A stretch of 25,635 bases of DNA, from IMG/VR virus record IMGVR_UViG_3300025018_000497, positions 1 to 25,635 of that record; one strand, 5' to 3'. Below are positions 1 to 7,234 of the stretch, one piece after another. The translations under genes and the position numbers were made by a program. Under the pieces are notes generated by a model, which was not told where the DNA came from, did no database searches, and saw nothing but the letters and a program-made list of their open reading frames with translations. Source of the DNA: a virus. Taxonomy: Duplodnaviria > Caudoviricetes. How positions within the stretch are numbered: the stretch's first letter is position 1; each line of letters begins with the position of its first letter.

Positions 1-69
1 CCGGAGTCACCGGAGTCACCGGAGTCACCGGAGTCACCGGAGTCACCGGAGTCACCGGAGTCACCGGAG
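1..69 (+). repeat. 9-bp tandem repeat (CCGGAGTCA) x7 plus a partial unit, truncated by the window edge
   Basis: Perfect units at 1-63 and CCGGAG at 64-69, read directly. Confidence 0.98.
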
Positions 70-87
70 CGAGGGAGCGACGAGTAG
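1..87 (+). CDS. 3' end of an upstream gene, probably terminase small subunit (partial)
   Basis: Frame +1 reads (PES)7-PERGSDE-stop (TAG 85-87). It lies directly upstream of TerL. Identity is inferred from position only. Confidence 0.45.
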   Translation, partial: PESPESPESPESPESPESPESPERGSDE

Positions 88-215
88 CCTCGCTCCTGGG
101 GACGACGCTGCATGGGGGGGTGGGGGGAGGGGGGCATCGGCGGGCCCTTCGCGGGCCAGCAAGGGCTACCCCCGCATTTCCTCTAGAATTTGAAAAAATT
201 TTAGGGAGTATTTCT

Positions 216-1724
216 GTGAATCCAGAGCAAGAATTAATTGAAAAAATATTATCGTTTCGGCTGGATCCTGAAGCCTTCGTGATCAATGCATACCCGTGGG
301 GAATGGCGAACACGCCTTTGCAGCAGAGCGACGGACCGCGCAAATGGCAGCGGGACTTTTTGAATGGCCTTCGGAGCCACGTACTAGAGAATGAGTCCCG
401 GAAACGGCTGAAATTAGTTCCCCGAGTCCTGAGGGATGCAACGGCATCGGGGCACGGGGTCGGCAAATCGGCCCTGGTAGCGTGGATTGCTCATTGGTTC
501 CTGTCTACTCGCTTGGGCGGGTGCGTGAACATAGCGGCGAACAGCGAGGACCAGCTCCGGTATAAGACCTTCGCTGAAATTTCAAAATGGACCTCACTCG
601 CGCTCAACAGCCACTGGTTCAAGATGGAAGGGCTGACGGTGACCCCTGCCGCGTGGTTCGAGAAGCTACTCAAGGACCAGCTCGGAATAGATTCTCGAGG
701 GTATTTCGTGAGGGGCCACCTCTGGAGCATTAATAATCCTGAGGCATTTCAAGGGACGCACAACCACATCGGTGTGGCCTGGATTCTGGATGAAGCTTCG
801 GGGGTGCCCAAGATCATCCACCGGTCAATTGATCCGGGTTCTTTCACGGAGCGAACGGACTCGCGATTTTTTTTCATGTTTTCGAATTTCACGCGGAACG
901 AGGGGGAGTTCTACGACGTTTTTTATGGGTCGGAAAACGAAAGGTGGAGCACGCGGCACATTGATGCCCGGGACGTGGAAGGGCTGGATCACGAGCCCAT
1001 GCACGAAATGGTGGCAAAGCTCGGGGAGAACCATGATCGGGTTCGAGTCCGGATAACGGGGTTGCCCCCGATGGCCTGTGAAGAGGCTTTTATCCCACCG
1101 GAGGTGGTCAAGGCCGCACAGTGCCGGAGAATTCCGTTCGATAAGTTCGCGCCAAAGATTTTGGCGGTGGATCCTGCTCCTCGAGGAGGAAATACGGCGG
1201 CGTGTATCCGGGAGGGGAGGCACGCGCGATTCCAGACGCGAATTTTCACGGATAACGTGCCCCTGGCAAACTGGGTAGCGTCGCTTATCGACGAGGAGCA
1301 GCCAGACGCGACGTTCATCGACTCGGGAAATGGAACTGGGGTGATTGATATTTTGAGAGACATGAAGTACAAGATCGTCGAGGTGCTATTTGGGGAGCGG
1401 GCAGACCTTCCGGAAAGGTTCGCCGATCGACGAACAGAAATGTGGGCCGGGGTACGAGGCTGGTTGCCCGGGGCAGAGCTACCTGATGAGGATGGACTCC
1501 TGACTCAGCTCGCGACTCCGCGAAAGCTCAAGACGGGGCGGGCGGACACGGTCGAGAAACTGGAGTCGAAGAAACAGCTTAAAGCCCGGGGAGTTCCCTC
1601 GCCGGATAAGGCGGATGCACTGGCCATGACGTTTTACAAGTTCGTCGCCAGACTGGACTCAAAGGGGAGAAGGGTGCGGAGAGAGGACACCATTCGCGAT
1701 CTCGATTATCAGCTTATTCCGTGA
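216..1724 (+). CDS. terL: Terminase large subunit
   Basis: Walker A ASGHGVGKS, Walker B WILDEASG, nuclease-domain motifs LAVDPA, FIDSGNG and SPDKADALAMT. Start moved to GTG 216 because of the AGGGAG RBS at 203-208. Confidence 0.95.
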   Translation: MNPEQELIEKILSFRLDPEAFVINAYPWGMANTPLQQSDGPRKWQRDFLNGLRSHVLENESRKRLKLVPRVLRDATASGHGVGKSALVAWIAHWFLSTRLGGCVNIAANSEDQLRYKTFAEISKWTSLALNSHWFKMEGLTVTPAAWFEKLLKDQLGIDSRGYFVRGHLWSINNPEAFQGTHNHIGVAWILDEASGVPKIIHRSIDPGSFTERTDSRFFFMFSNFTRNEGEFYDVFYGSENERWSTRHIDARDVEGLDHEPMHEMVAKLGENHDRVRVRITGLPPMACEEAFIPPEVVKAAQCRRIPFDKFAPKILAVDPAPRGGNTAACIREGRHARFQTRIFTDNVPLANWVASLIDEEQPDATFIDSGNGTGVIDILRDMKYKIVEVLFGERADLPERFADRRTEMWAGVRGWLPGAELPDEDGLLTQLATPRKLKTGRADTVEKLESKKQLKARGVPSPDKADALAMTFYKFVARLDSKGRRVRREDTIRDLDYQLIP

Positions 1725-1742
1725 AAGCAAGAAGGGGCCCCG

Positions 1743-1771
1743 TTGCGATTTTCGACGCGCAATTGTATGCT
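1743..1771 (+). promoter_or_regulatory. Candidate sigma70-type promoter upstream of the head genes
   Basis: TTGCGA (1743-1748), 17-bp spacer, TATGCT (1766-1771), in the intergenic gap after terL. Confidence 0.5.
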
Positions 1772-1807
1772 TAGCTTTTCTTGCATCCGCTTTTGGAGGT
1801 CAGCAAC

Positions 1808-2032
1808 ATGTCTGGGTTGTTTTCTCGCCCCGCGGCGCCTCCGCCGCTGCCCCCGCCACTACCGCCTCCCCCTCCGCCGAATCCCGCGACGGACCCAGCC
1901 GTGGCCCAGGATCTGGCGCGGGCTAGGCTGGCGGAGAGAAGGGCCAGGGGAAGGTCGGCGAATATCCTGACAGGGGGAGACGGACTCCGGGGGCAACCCG
2001 CGCCTACAACGTCTCGAACGCTCGGGGTGTAG
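1808..2032 (+). CDS. Small proline-rich virion-associated protein preceding the portal
   Basis: GGAGG RBS then ATG 1808. MSGLFSRP-polyPro...RRARGRSANILTG...RTLG matches the pattern of small pre-portal genes in this phage type. Confidence 0.8.
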   Translation: MSGLFSRPAAPPPLPPPLPPPPPPNPATDPAVAQDLARARLAERRARGRSANILTGGDGLRGQPAPTTSRTLGV

Positions 2033-2033
2033 C

Positions 2034-3698
2034 ATGAGCTACCACGTGCGCTCTCGGGCCGCGGATATCATCCGGGAGTTTGAGGCACTTCAGGCCTCCA
2101 AGGGAAACTGGATGCAGCATTGGTACGAAATTGCCCTGAGAATAGACCCCGTCAATGCGCCTTATTTCGGCTCTTTTGGAAGCGGGCAAGTGGCTCGGGG
2201 CGAGAAGCGAATGCAGGAGGTTTTTGATTCCACCGGGATCAAATCCCTTAATCGCGGGGTGGCGGTGCTAGATTCCCTGCTCGTCCCCCTCAATGAAGTG
2301 TGGCATTTCCTGGAAACGGATAATCCGGAGCTCTCGCAGGACCGGGACGCGCTGCTTTACTTTGAAGAAGTGAATCGGCGACTTCGAAATAGCAGGCTCG
2401 CCCCCGGAACAAATTTCATCAGTCAGCAGCAAATCGTGTGGAAGAATCTGCTGGCCTATAGCACGGGGGTAATGCACGTCACCGCGAGCATGACATCGCC
2501 GGGGCTGAGGTACCGGGCAATTCATCTGGCCGAGGTTACTCTGGACGAGAACAGCGAGGGGGACGTGGACCGCGTGTGGAGGAAGTTCTCCCAGACGACG
2601 CGGCAGCTGGCTCAGCGAGCAGAGTTCTCAGGGTGGCGCCTTCCGGAGAAAATTAAAGAATCCCTGGAGAAGAAGCCGGATAAGGAATGGTCGGTGCTGC
2701 ATTACGTAGGCCCTAACACCGACCGAGTCTCGAGACGGGCGGATTATCGGGGGATGCTCTTCGAGGCGGCGTATATTTCTCATGATTGCAAAGAGACCAT
2801 GTGGGAGGGGGGGCATGTTTCCATGCCCTATATCGTTTCGAGGTACGCGCGAGGAGCCGGTGAGGTTTTTGGGCGAGGAGGGCCGGGGGAGCAAACACTC
2901 CCTGACGTAAAAACGCTGAACGAGGTCAAGAAGGCGCACATCAAGCAGATCCACCGGGCTCTGGACCCGCCTGTGGCCGCTCCAGATGACGATGCCTTTG
3001 ATGCGCCGTCATTCAAGCCCGGGACGATTATCTGGCGGGGGGTGAACAAGGAGGGGAAACTTCTTGTCCAGCCCCTGAAATTCGGCGACGTCCAGGCCTC
3101 TCGAGAAATGATGGAGGATGATAGGAACAGCATTCGGTCGGCCTATAACTTGGACCTTTTTGAAATACTCCTCGATAGGCCCGGAATGACGGCGACGGAG
3201 GTTCTGGAGAGGAAAGCGGAGAAAGTCGCCTTCTTGTACCCGATTTTAGCGGGGCAACAAACGGAGTACCTCGGCCCGCTTCTTTCCAGGGAGCTTGACG
3301 TGCTTTCGCAGTTTCCCGGGATCCTTCCAGATCGCCCGGAAGTATTTGGCCAGGTTCGAGGGCGGTACAAGATCCGGTTTCAGTCGCCGCTGAACCGGGC
3401 TCAGGATGCCTCGGAGGCGGCGGGGTTTCTCCGGTCGTGGCAGCAGACCGCTGAGATGTCGGCCCTGACGGGTGATCCGAGTGGACTCGACCATTTCAAC
3501 CTGGATGAAGCCATTCCTCGACTTGCGAGGATCAATGGGATCCCGGAATCCATGCTCCGATCTCCGGAAGAAGTACAGGCCGTTCGCGACGGGAGGCAGC
3601 AGGAGTCCGCGGTTCAGCAAGCTATTCAGGCGGCGCCCGCTGGGGCCGCGGTTATCAAAGCTTTGGCCGCGAGTCAAAAGGGGGGTAGTGCTGGATGA
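2034..3698 (+). CDS. Portal (head-to-tail connector) protein
   Basis: 554 aa with FDSTG, PYIVSRY...GEVFGRG..P, LPDVKTLN, MTATEVLER and SPLNRAQ motifs typical of T7 gp8/BPP-1-type connectors; position after terL. Confidence 0.93.
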   Translation: MSYHVRSRAADIIREFEALQASKGNWMQHWYEIALRIDPVNAPYFGSFGSGQVARGEKRMQEVFDSTGIKSLNRGVAVLDSLLVPLNEVWHFLETDNPELSQDRDALLYFEEVNRRLRNSRLAPGTNFISQQQIVWKNLLAYSTGVMHVTASMTSPGLRYRAIHLAEVTLDENSEGDVDRVWRKFSQTTRQLAQRAEFSGWRLPEKIKESLEKKPDKEWSVLHYVGPNTDRVSRRADYRGMLFEAAYISHDCKETMWEGGHVSMPYIVSRYARGAGEVFGRGGPGEQTLPDVKTLNEVKKAHIKQIHRALDPPVAAPDDDAFDAPSFKPGTIIWRGVNKEGKLLVQPLKFGDVQASREMMEDDRNSIRSAYNLDLFEILLDRPGMTATEVLERKAEKVAFLYPILAGQQTEYLGPLLSRELDVLSQFPGILPDRPEVFGQVRGRYKIRFQSPLNRAQDASEAAGFLRSWQQTAEMSALTGDPSGLDHFNLDEAIPRLARINGIPESMLRSPEEVQAVRDGRQQESAVQQAIQAAPAGAAVIKALAASQKGGSAG

Positions 3699-3916
3699 GC
3701 GAATTGACAGATGAGGATCGAGCTTTTCGACGAGTGTTCGACCCGGATAACCCAGACGCTGTTGTTGTTATGAACGCGATCATCAGAGAGGCAAGAGTGT
3801 TTTCTTCGACGTATACTCTCTCCCGCACAAGTATTCAGGATTATGTGTTCAGCGAGGGCCGGCGTTCGCTTGCACTTGATGTGATGAAAAAGTCGGACTG
3901 GACCAAAGCACCATGA
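3695..3916 (+). CDS. Small conserved post-portal protein (Bbp19-like)
   Basis: FRRVF...EGRRSLAL pattern; ATGA overlaps with both portal and scaffold genes. Confidence 0.7.
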   Translation: MSELTDEDRAFRRVFDPDNPDAVVVMNAIIREARVFSSTYTLSRTSIQDYVFSEGRRSLALDVMKKSDWTKAP

Positions 3917-4788
3917 GTGATTCTGTTGTTTCCGAAGTACAAGTCTCCGAAACTCCCAAGCCCAGCGCTACCTCTGCGACGGAGAAAGCACCGACGGCGC
4001 CCTCGTGGCTGGATGAGTTGCCCGAGGATCTGAAGATCACCGCGGCTGCGAAGGGATGGAAGACGCCCCTGGATCCGGTGAAGGCGTATCAAGGGGCCGC
4101 GAAGTTTCTGGGCACGGATCCGTCGAACATCCTCCGACTTCCGAAAGGAGAAGACGATACCGAGGGCTGGAGCAGAGCGTACGATAGCCTCGGGCGGCCC
4201 AAAACTCCGCAGGAGTACGAGCTTCCCTTGCCCGCGGAAGCTCCTCCAGAAGACGTGGCTACGGCGGAATGGTACAAGGACGTGGCGCATAAGGCAGGGC
4301 TGAACGCCAAGCAAGCAAAGGATCTATTCGAGGCTGCTGGAGTCCGGGCGTCGGAAATGGCCAAGGGGTTCGCGGAAGCCTCTGAAGCGACCCGTCAGAA
4401 GCAGTCCGAGGCGCTTCGGAAAGACTGGGGCCCGGACTACGACAGGAACGTAATGGTCGCCAAGCGCGCGTTCACGGATGTACTCGGGGGCCTGGTCACT
4501 TCCGAGCAGCTGGATGCCCTGGATAGCTCCATGGGGCACGATTGGACGATGAAGTTTATGCACCGAATTGGGACCAAACTTGGCGAGGCGCCCTTTGTTT
4601 CCGGGCAAGGGGATGGTCCACAGCCTGCGTGGATCAACGCGGACACTGCGCGGCAAAAGCTCGCCGGGATCAATGAAAAATACCGGGAAGAGTTATCCGG
4701 GAGAAAACCCTTTCAGCACCAGCTAAAAGCGGACATTCTTCAGCAGCGTGAAGAACTATACAAGATAATCTACGGGGGTAAGGAGTGA
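3913..4788 (+). CDS. Capsid assembly scaffolding protein
   Basis: Low-complexity N-terminus, W..LPEDL, LGRPKTPQEYEL, AHKAGLN.KQA and LRKDWG..YD motifs; lies between portal and capsid. Confidence 0.85.
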   Translation: MSDSVVSEVQVSETPKPSATSATEKAPTAPSWLDELPEDLKITAAAKGWKTPLDPVKAYQGAAKFLGTDPSNILRLPKGEDDTEGWSRAYDSLGRPKTPQEYELPLPAEAPPEDVATAEWYKDVAHKAGLNAKQAKDLFEAAGVRASEMAKGFAEASEATRQKQSEALRKDWGPDYDRNVMVAKRAFTDVLGGLVTSEQLDALDSSMGHDWTMKFMHRIGTKLGEAPFVSGQGDGPQPAWINADTARQKLAGINEKYREELSGRKPFQHQLKADILQQREELYKIIYGGKE

Positions 4789-5033
4789 CCGTTACACGGC
4801 AGGAAAGGCTCGAGCTGATTCGCATAACCTACGGCAAGCATGGCATCGCGGACATGGCCGTTGAGCAAGCGAAACAGCTGGAGTTTTACTTGAACCCGAC
4901 GTCTGACGCGCCCCCCGCGGAGACCCAGGCGGAGACCCCCAGGAAAGTGGGGAGACCTCGAGGCGCTCTCGGAAAGCCGAAGGTCCCCTCTGACAAGGGC
5001 GATCTACCGGATTACTTAACAGGGGCAAGCTGA
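4785..5033 (+). CDS. Hypothetical small protein with AT-hook-like RKVGRPRG motif
   Basis: GTG start coupled to the scaffold stop, AAGGAG directly upstream, 82 aa. Confidence 0.6.
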   Translation: MTVTRQERLELIRITYGKHGIADMAVEQAKQLEFYLNPTSDAPPAETQAETPRKVGRPRGALGKPKVPSDKGDLPDYLTGAS

Positions 5034-5132
5034 TACGCTCGCAAGGGCCCAGCTGACTGCGGGAAAGACCGCCTCTTTGCCCCGAGAGAACGAGAGGGGA
5101 AGGCGAGCCCTGCAAAAAAAGCAGACACGTTC
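5022..5132 (+). promoter_or_regulatory. Candidate structured RNA leader upstream of the major capsid gene
   Basis: Nested complementary segments: GGGGCAA 5022-28/TTGCCCC 5077-83; GCTG 5029-32/CAGC 5050-53; GCTC-GCAA-GGGC GNRA hairpin; GCGG/CCGC 5059-72; GAACG 5088-92/CGTTC 5128-32; CTGC-A7-GCAG 5110-24. Confidence 0.5.
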
Positions 5133-5179
5133 ACCGCGACTAACACAGGTATTAATCGTGGGCGCTTTGGAGGGCTGCG

Positions 5180-6082
5180 ATGGCTAATAATTTGTTCGAC
5201 ATTTATGCGAAGCAGTACGCCGATAACTTCGAGCTGGTGCTGCAGGAGATGATGCCAAGGGGGCAGGTCGCTTGTACCGTGTCCTACGACGGTAGGGGCG
5301 AGTCGATGCAAATCGTCGACAAGATCGGAACCGTCGTCATGCAGGAAGTGACGGACCCGGGCGCTGACATCATTTGGCAGAACCCGACGACTGAAGCCCG
5401 ATGGGTGGCGCCCTCTTTTTTCGACGCGGCGATCCCGATCAGGGACCAGGATAAGCTGAAACTACTCGGAGACCCCACTTCGGATTATGTGCAGGATGTC
5501 GTCGAGGCGCACAACCGCCAGGTTACCACGACTATCCGAGACGCGGCGCTAGGAACGGCGGCTACTGGGAAGTCTGGCACAACCACGAAAGCCTTTGACG
5601 CGGCGAACAATACGATCGCTGTGAATTACGGCGCGGGGGGAAACACGGGGCTTACTGTTGCGAAGTTGCTCAAAGCAGAGCAGCGAGTGCTGGCCGCACA
5701 CGTCGATCCGACGGTAGAGAAATGCTACTGCTTGGTCTCGTCGAAGCAGATCATGAACTTGAAGCGGGAGCCTCAGTTCATTAACGCGGATTACAATCCT
5801 GATCCGATCCTTGCTCGTGGGGGAGTTATGGCCCGCTGGGGCATCTGGAACTTCATCCACACGGAATTGCTTGGCGTGGACTCCAGCGGTTATCGCCGGG
5901 TCATCTGCATGAGCCAGAAAGCCGTCGAGCTGAAATACTGGCAGGACAAGATCATCCGGGTGTCCGAGCGCGTCGATAAGCGCGGGTACCCTTTCCAAGC
6001 TTACATCAAGGCTGGGTTCGGGGCGGTTCGCAAGTGGGAAGAGCGCGTGGTCGAGTTGCTTTGCACTGAGTCTGGGCTGTAA
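5180..6082 (+). CDS. Major capsid protein
   Basis: 300 aa after the scaffold, GGAGGG RBS. N-terminal Y.KQY...F.L.LQ, F.N.DYN and C-terminal QAY...GFGAVR..EERVV motifs of BPP-1-type capsids. Confidence 0.92.
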   Translation: MANNLFDIYAKQYADNFELVLQEMMPRGQVACTVSYDGRGESMQIVDKIGTVVMQEVTDPGADIIWQNPTTEARWVAPSFFDAAIPIRDQDKLKLLGDPTSDYVQDVVEAHNRQVTTTIRDAALGTAATGKSGTTTKAFDAANNTIAVNYGAGGNTGLTVAKLLKAEQRVLAAHVDPTVEKCYCLVSSKQIMNLKREPQFINADYNPDPILARGGVMARWGIWNFIHTELLGVDSSGYRRVICMSQKAVELKYWQDKIIRVSERVDKRGYPFQAYIKAGFGAVRKWEERVVELLCTESGL

Positions 6083-6114
6083 TCCACTGATCTGTAACCA
6101 AGTAAGGAGCCAGT

Positions 6115-6618
6115 ATGGCAGTCGTAACTTTGAAAGCGGGGGCAGCCACGGCGCGAGATGCAACGCCGCAGGAGCCCATCGATCCGAAACTTACCAGGGG
6201 GCCCATTTGCGAGGCTATCGGGACGCTGGAATCCGTCAACGGTAACTCGATCGGGTCCGTGTACATTCTGTGTCACGGAATCCCGTCGAACGCGCGAATC
6301 GTTGAAGTGATCCTCGACAGCGATAATATCGGTACGACCACCGCGGCGGACATCGGGCTGTACGACCAGGAGGGGACGGTTGTTGACGCGGATTTCTTCG
6401 CGTCAGCCGTGAACCTGGCCGGCGGGGCTGTTTCCAATAGCCGTGTCACGCACGAATCGGGAGTGTTTGAGATCGCGGACGTGGAGAAAGAACTCTGGGA
6501 CGCGTTGGGGCTAGCGGCTGACCCAGGCCTTCTCTACGATGTTTGTCTGACGCTTACCGCGGCGTCAGATGGAGCGGCGACGATCACACTGCGCACTCGG
6601 TACACGCTGAGCATGTAA
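6115..6618 (+). CDS. Probable capsid cement/decoration protein
   Basis: AAGGAG RBS; beta-rich 167 aa with IPSNARI and DIGLY...DADFFAS motifs; directly after the capsid gene. Confidence 0.7.
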   Translation: MAVVTLKAGAATARDATPQEPIDPKLTRGPICEAIGTLESVNGNSIGSVYILCHGIPSNARIVEVILDSDNIGTTTAADIGLYDQEGTVVDADFFASAVNLAGGAVSNSRVTHESGVFEIADVEKELWDALGLAADPGLLYDVCLTLTAASDGAATITLRTRYTLSM

Positions 6619-6630
6619 GCGGGCAAAGCC

Positions 6631-6664
6631 GGGCAGCCGGGGACTTCGGGGTCTCCGGTTGCTC
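6631..6664 (+). terminator. 14-bp hairpin after the capsid/cement genes (terminator, attenuator or mRNA-stabilising stem)
   Basis: GGGCAGCCGGGGAC / TTCGGG loop / GTCTCCGGTTGCTC, with three G-U pairs. No adjacent U-tract. Confidence 0.5.
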
Positions 6665-6679
6665 CGAAGGGGTATTTTA

Positions 6680-6910
6680 ATGGCGACAAGAAGGTTTAAG
6701 CTGTCTGTGGGGGAAACCCTGGAGGATGTAACAGAGGAAGTCGGGGCCGCGGTGAATTCTGACGATGTCGAGCTCACGATTGAGCTGGCCACGACAGCGG
6801 TGAATGACGCGGGATCGGCAACCCGTGCCGTATCAAAGCAGGAGGTGCTCGATTGCTTGGAGCAAATCAAGCTTGCGATCATCAAATCCGAGGCGGCGTT
6901 TTCGCAGTAA
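6680..6910 (+). CDS. Hypothetical small structural protein
   Basis: AAGGGG RBS then ATG 6680; 76 aa; within the structural operon. Confidence 0.7.
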   Translation: MATRRFKLSVGETLEDVTEEVGAAVNSDDVELTIELATTAVNDAGSATRAVSKQEVLDCLEQIKLAIIKSEAAFSQ

Positions 6911-6937
6911 AAGACTCGAGTGAAGAGGGGGCATTTC

Positions 6938-7231
6938 ATGAGTTTTGCAAAGGGGAGGCTTGACCTCGGGAATAGCATCACCGCTAACGGGTCTGCGATG
7001 TCGTGGATGGGAGGTAAGGGGCTATTCATCGTTGAGGCGACTACATGGGGCACCTCTGCCGAGGCGTATCTTGAGCTACAGTCTCCGAATGGCACGTGGG
7101 TCCCCGTTAGCGCCACTCAGATGTCGGAGAACGGGGCCGTCGTTTTTGAGCTTCCTCCCGGAGACATTCGCATCGGAATCGGGGGGACCATTACTGCGGC
7201 CTACGCCTACGCAGTTCATATCGGAGAGTAA
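6938..7231 (+). CDS. Small beta-sandwich virion protein (decoration-like)
   Basis: GAGGGGG RBS then ATG 6938; 97 aa with alternating beta pattern (LELQSPNGTWVPV, FELPPG.IR). Confidence 0.7.
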   Translation: MSFAKGRLDLGNSITANGSAMSWMGGKGLFIVEATTWGTSAEAYLELQSPNGTWVPVSATQMSENGAVVFELPPGDIRIGIGGTITAAYAYAVHIGE

Positions 7232-7234
7232 ACA

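Noticed and set aside
1-69. Possible CRISPR array or iteron set
   Set aside because: Contiguous 9-bp units with no spacers; a simple minisatellite.
120-215. N-terminal extension of TerL (MGGGGHRR...) in the ORF track
   Set aside because: It runs through G-runs and hairpins with no RBS. GTG 216 has a good AGGGAG RBS.
6040-6115. T7 10A/10B-style frameshift extension of the capsid protein
   Set aside because: No slippery sequence near the capsid stop, and the next gene has its own strong RBS.
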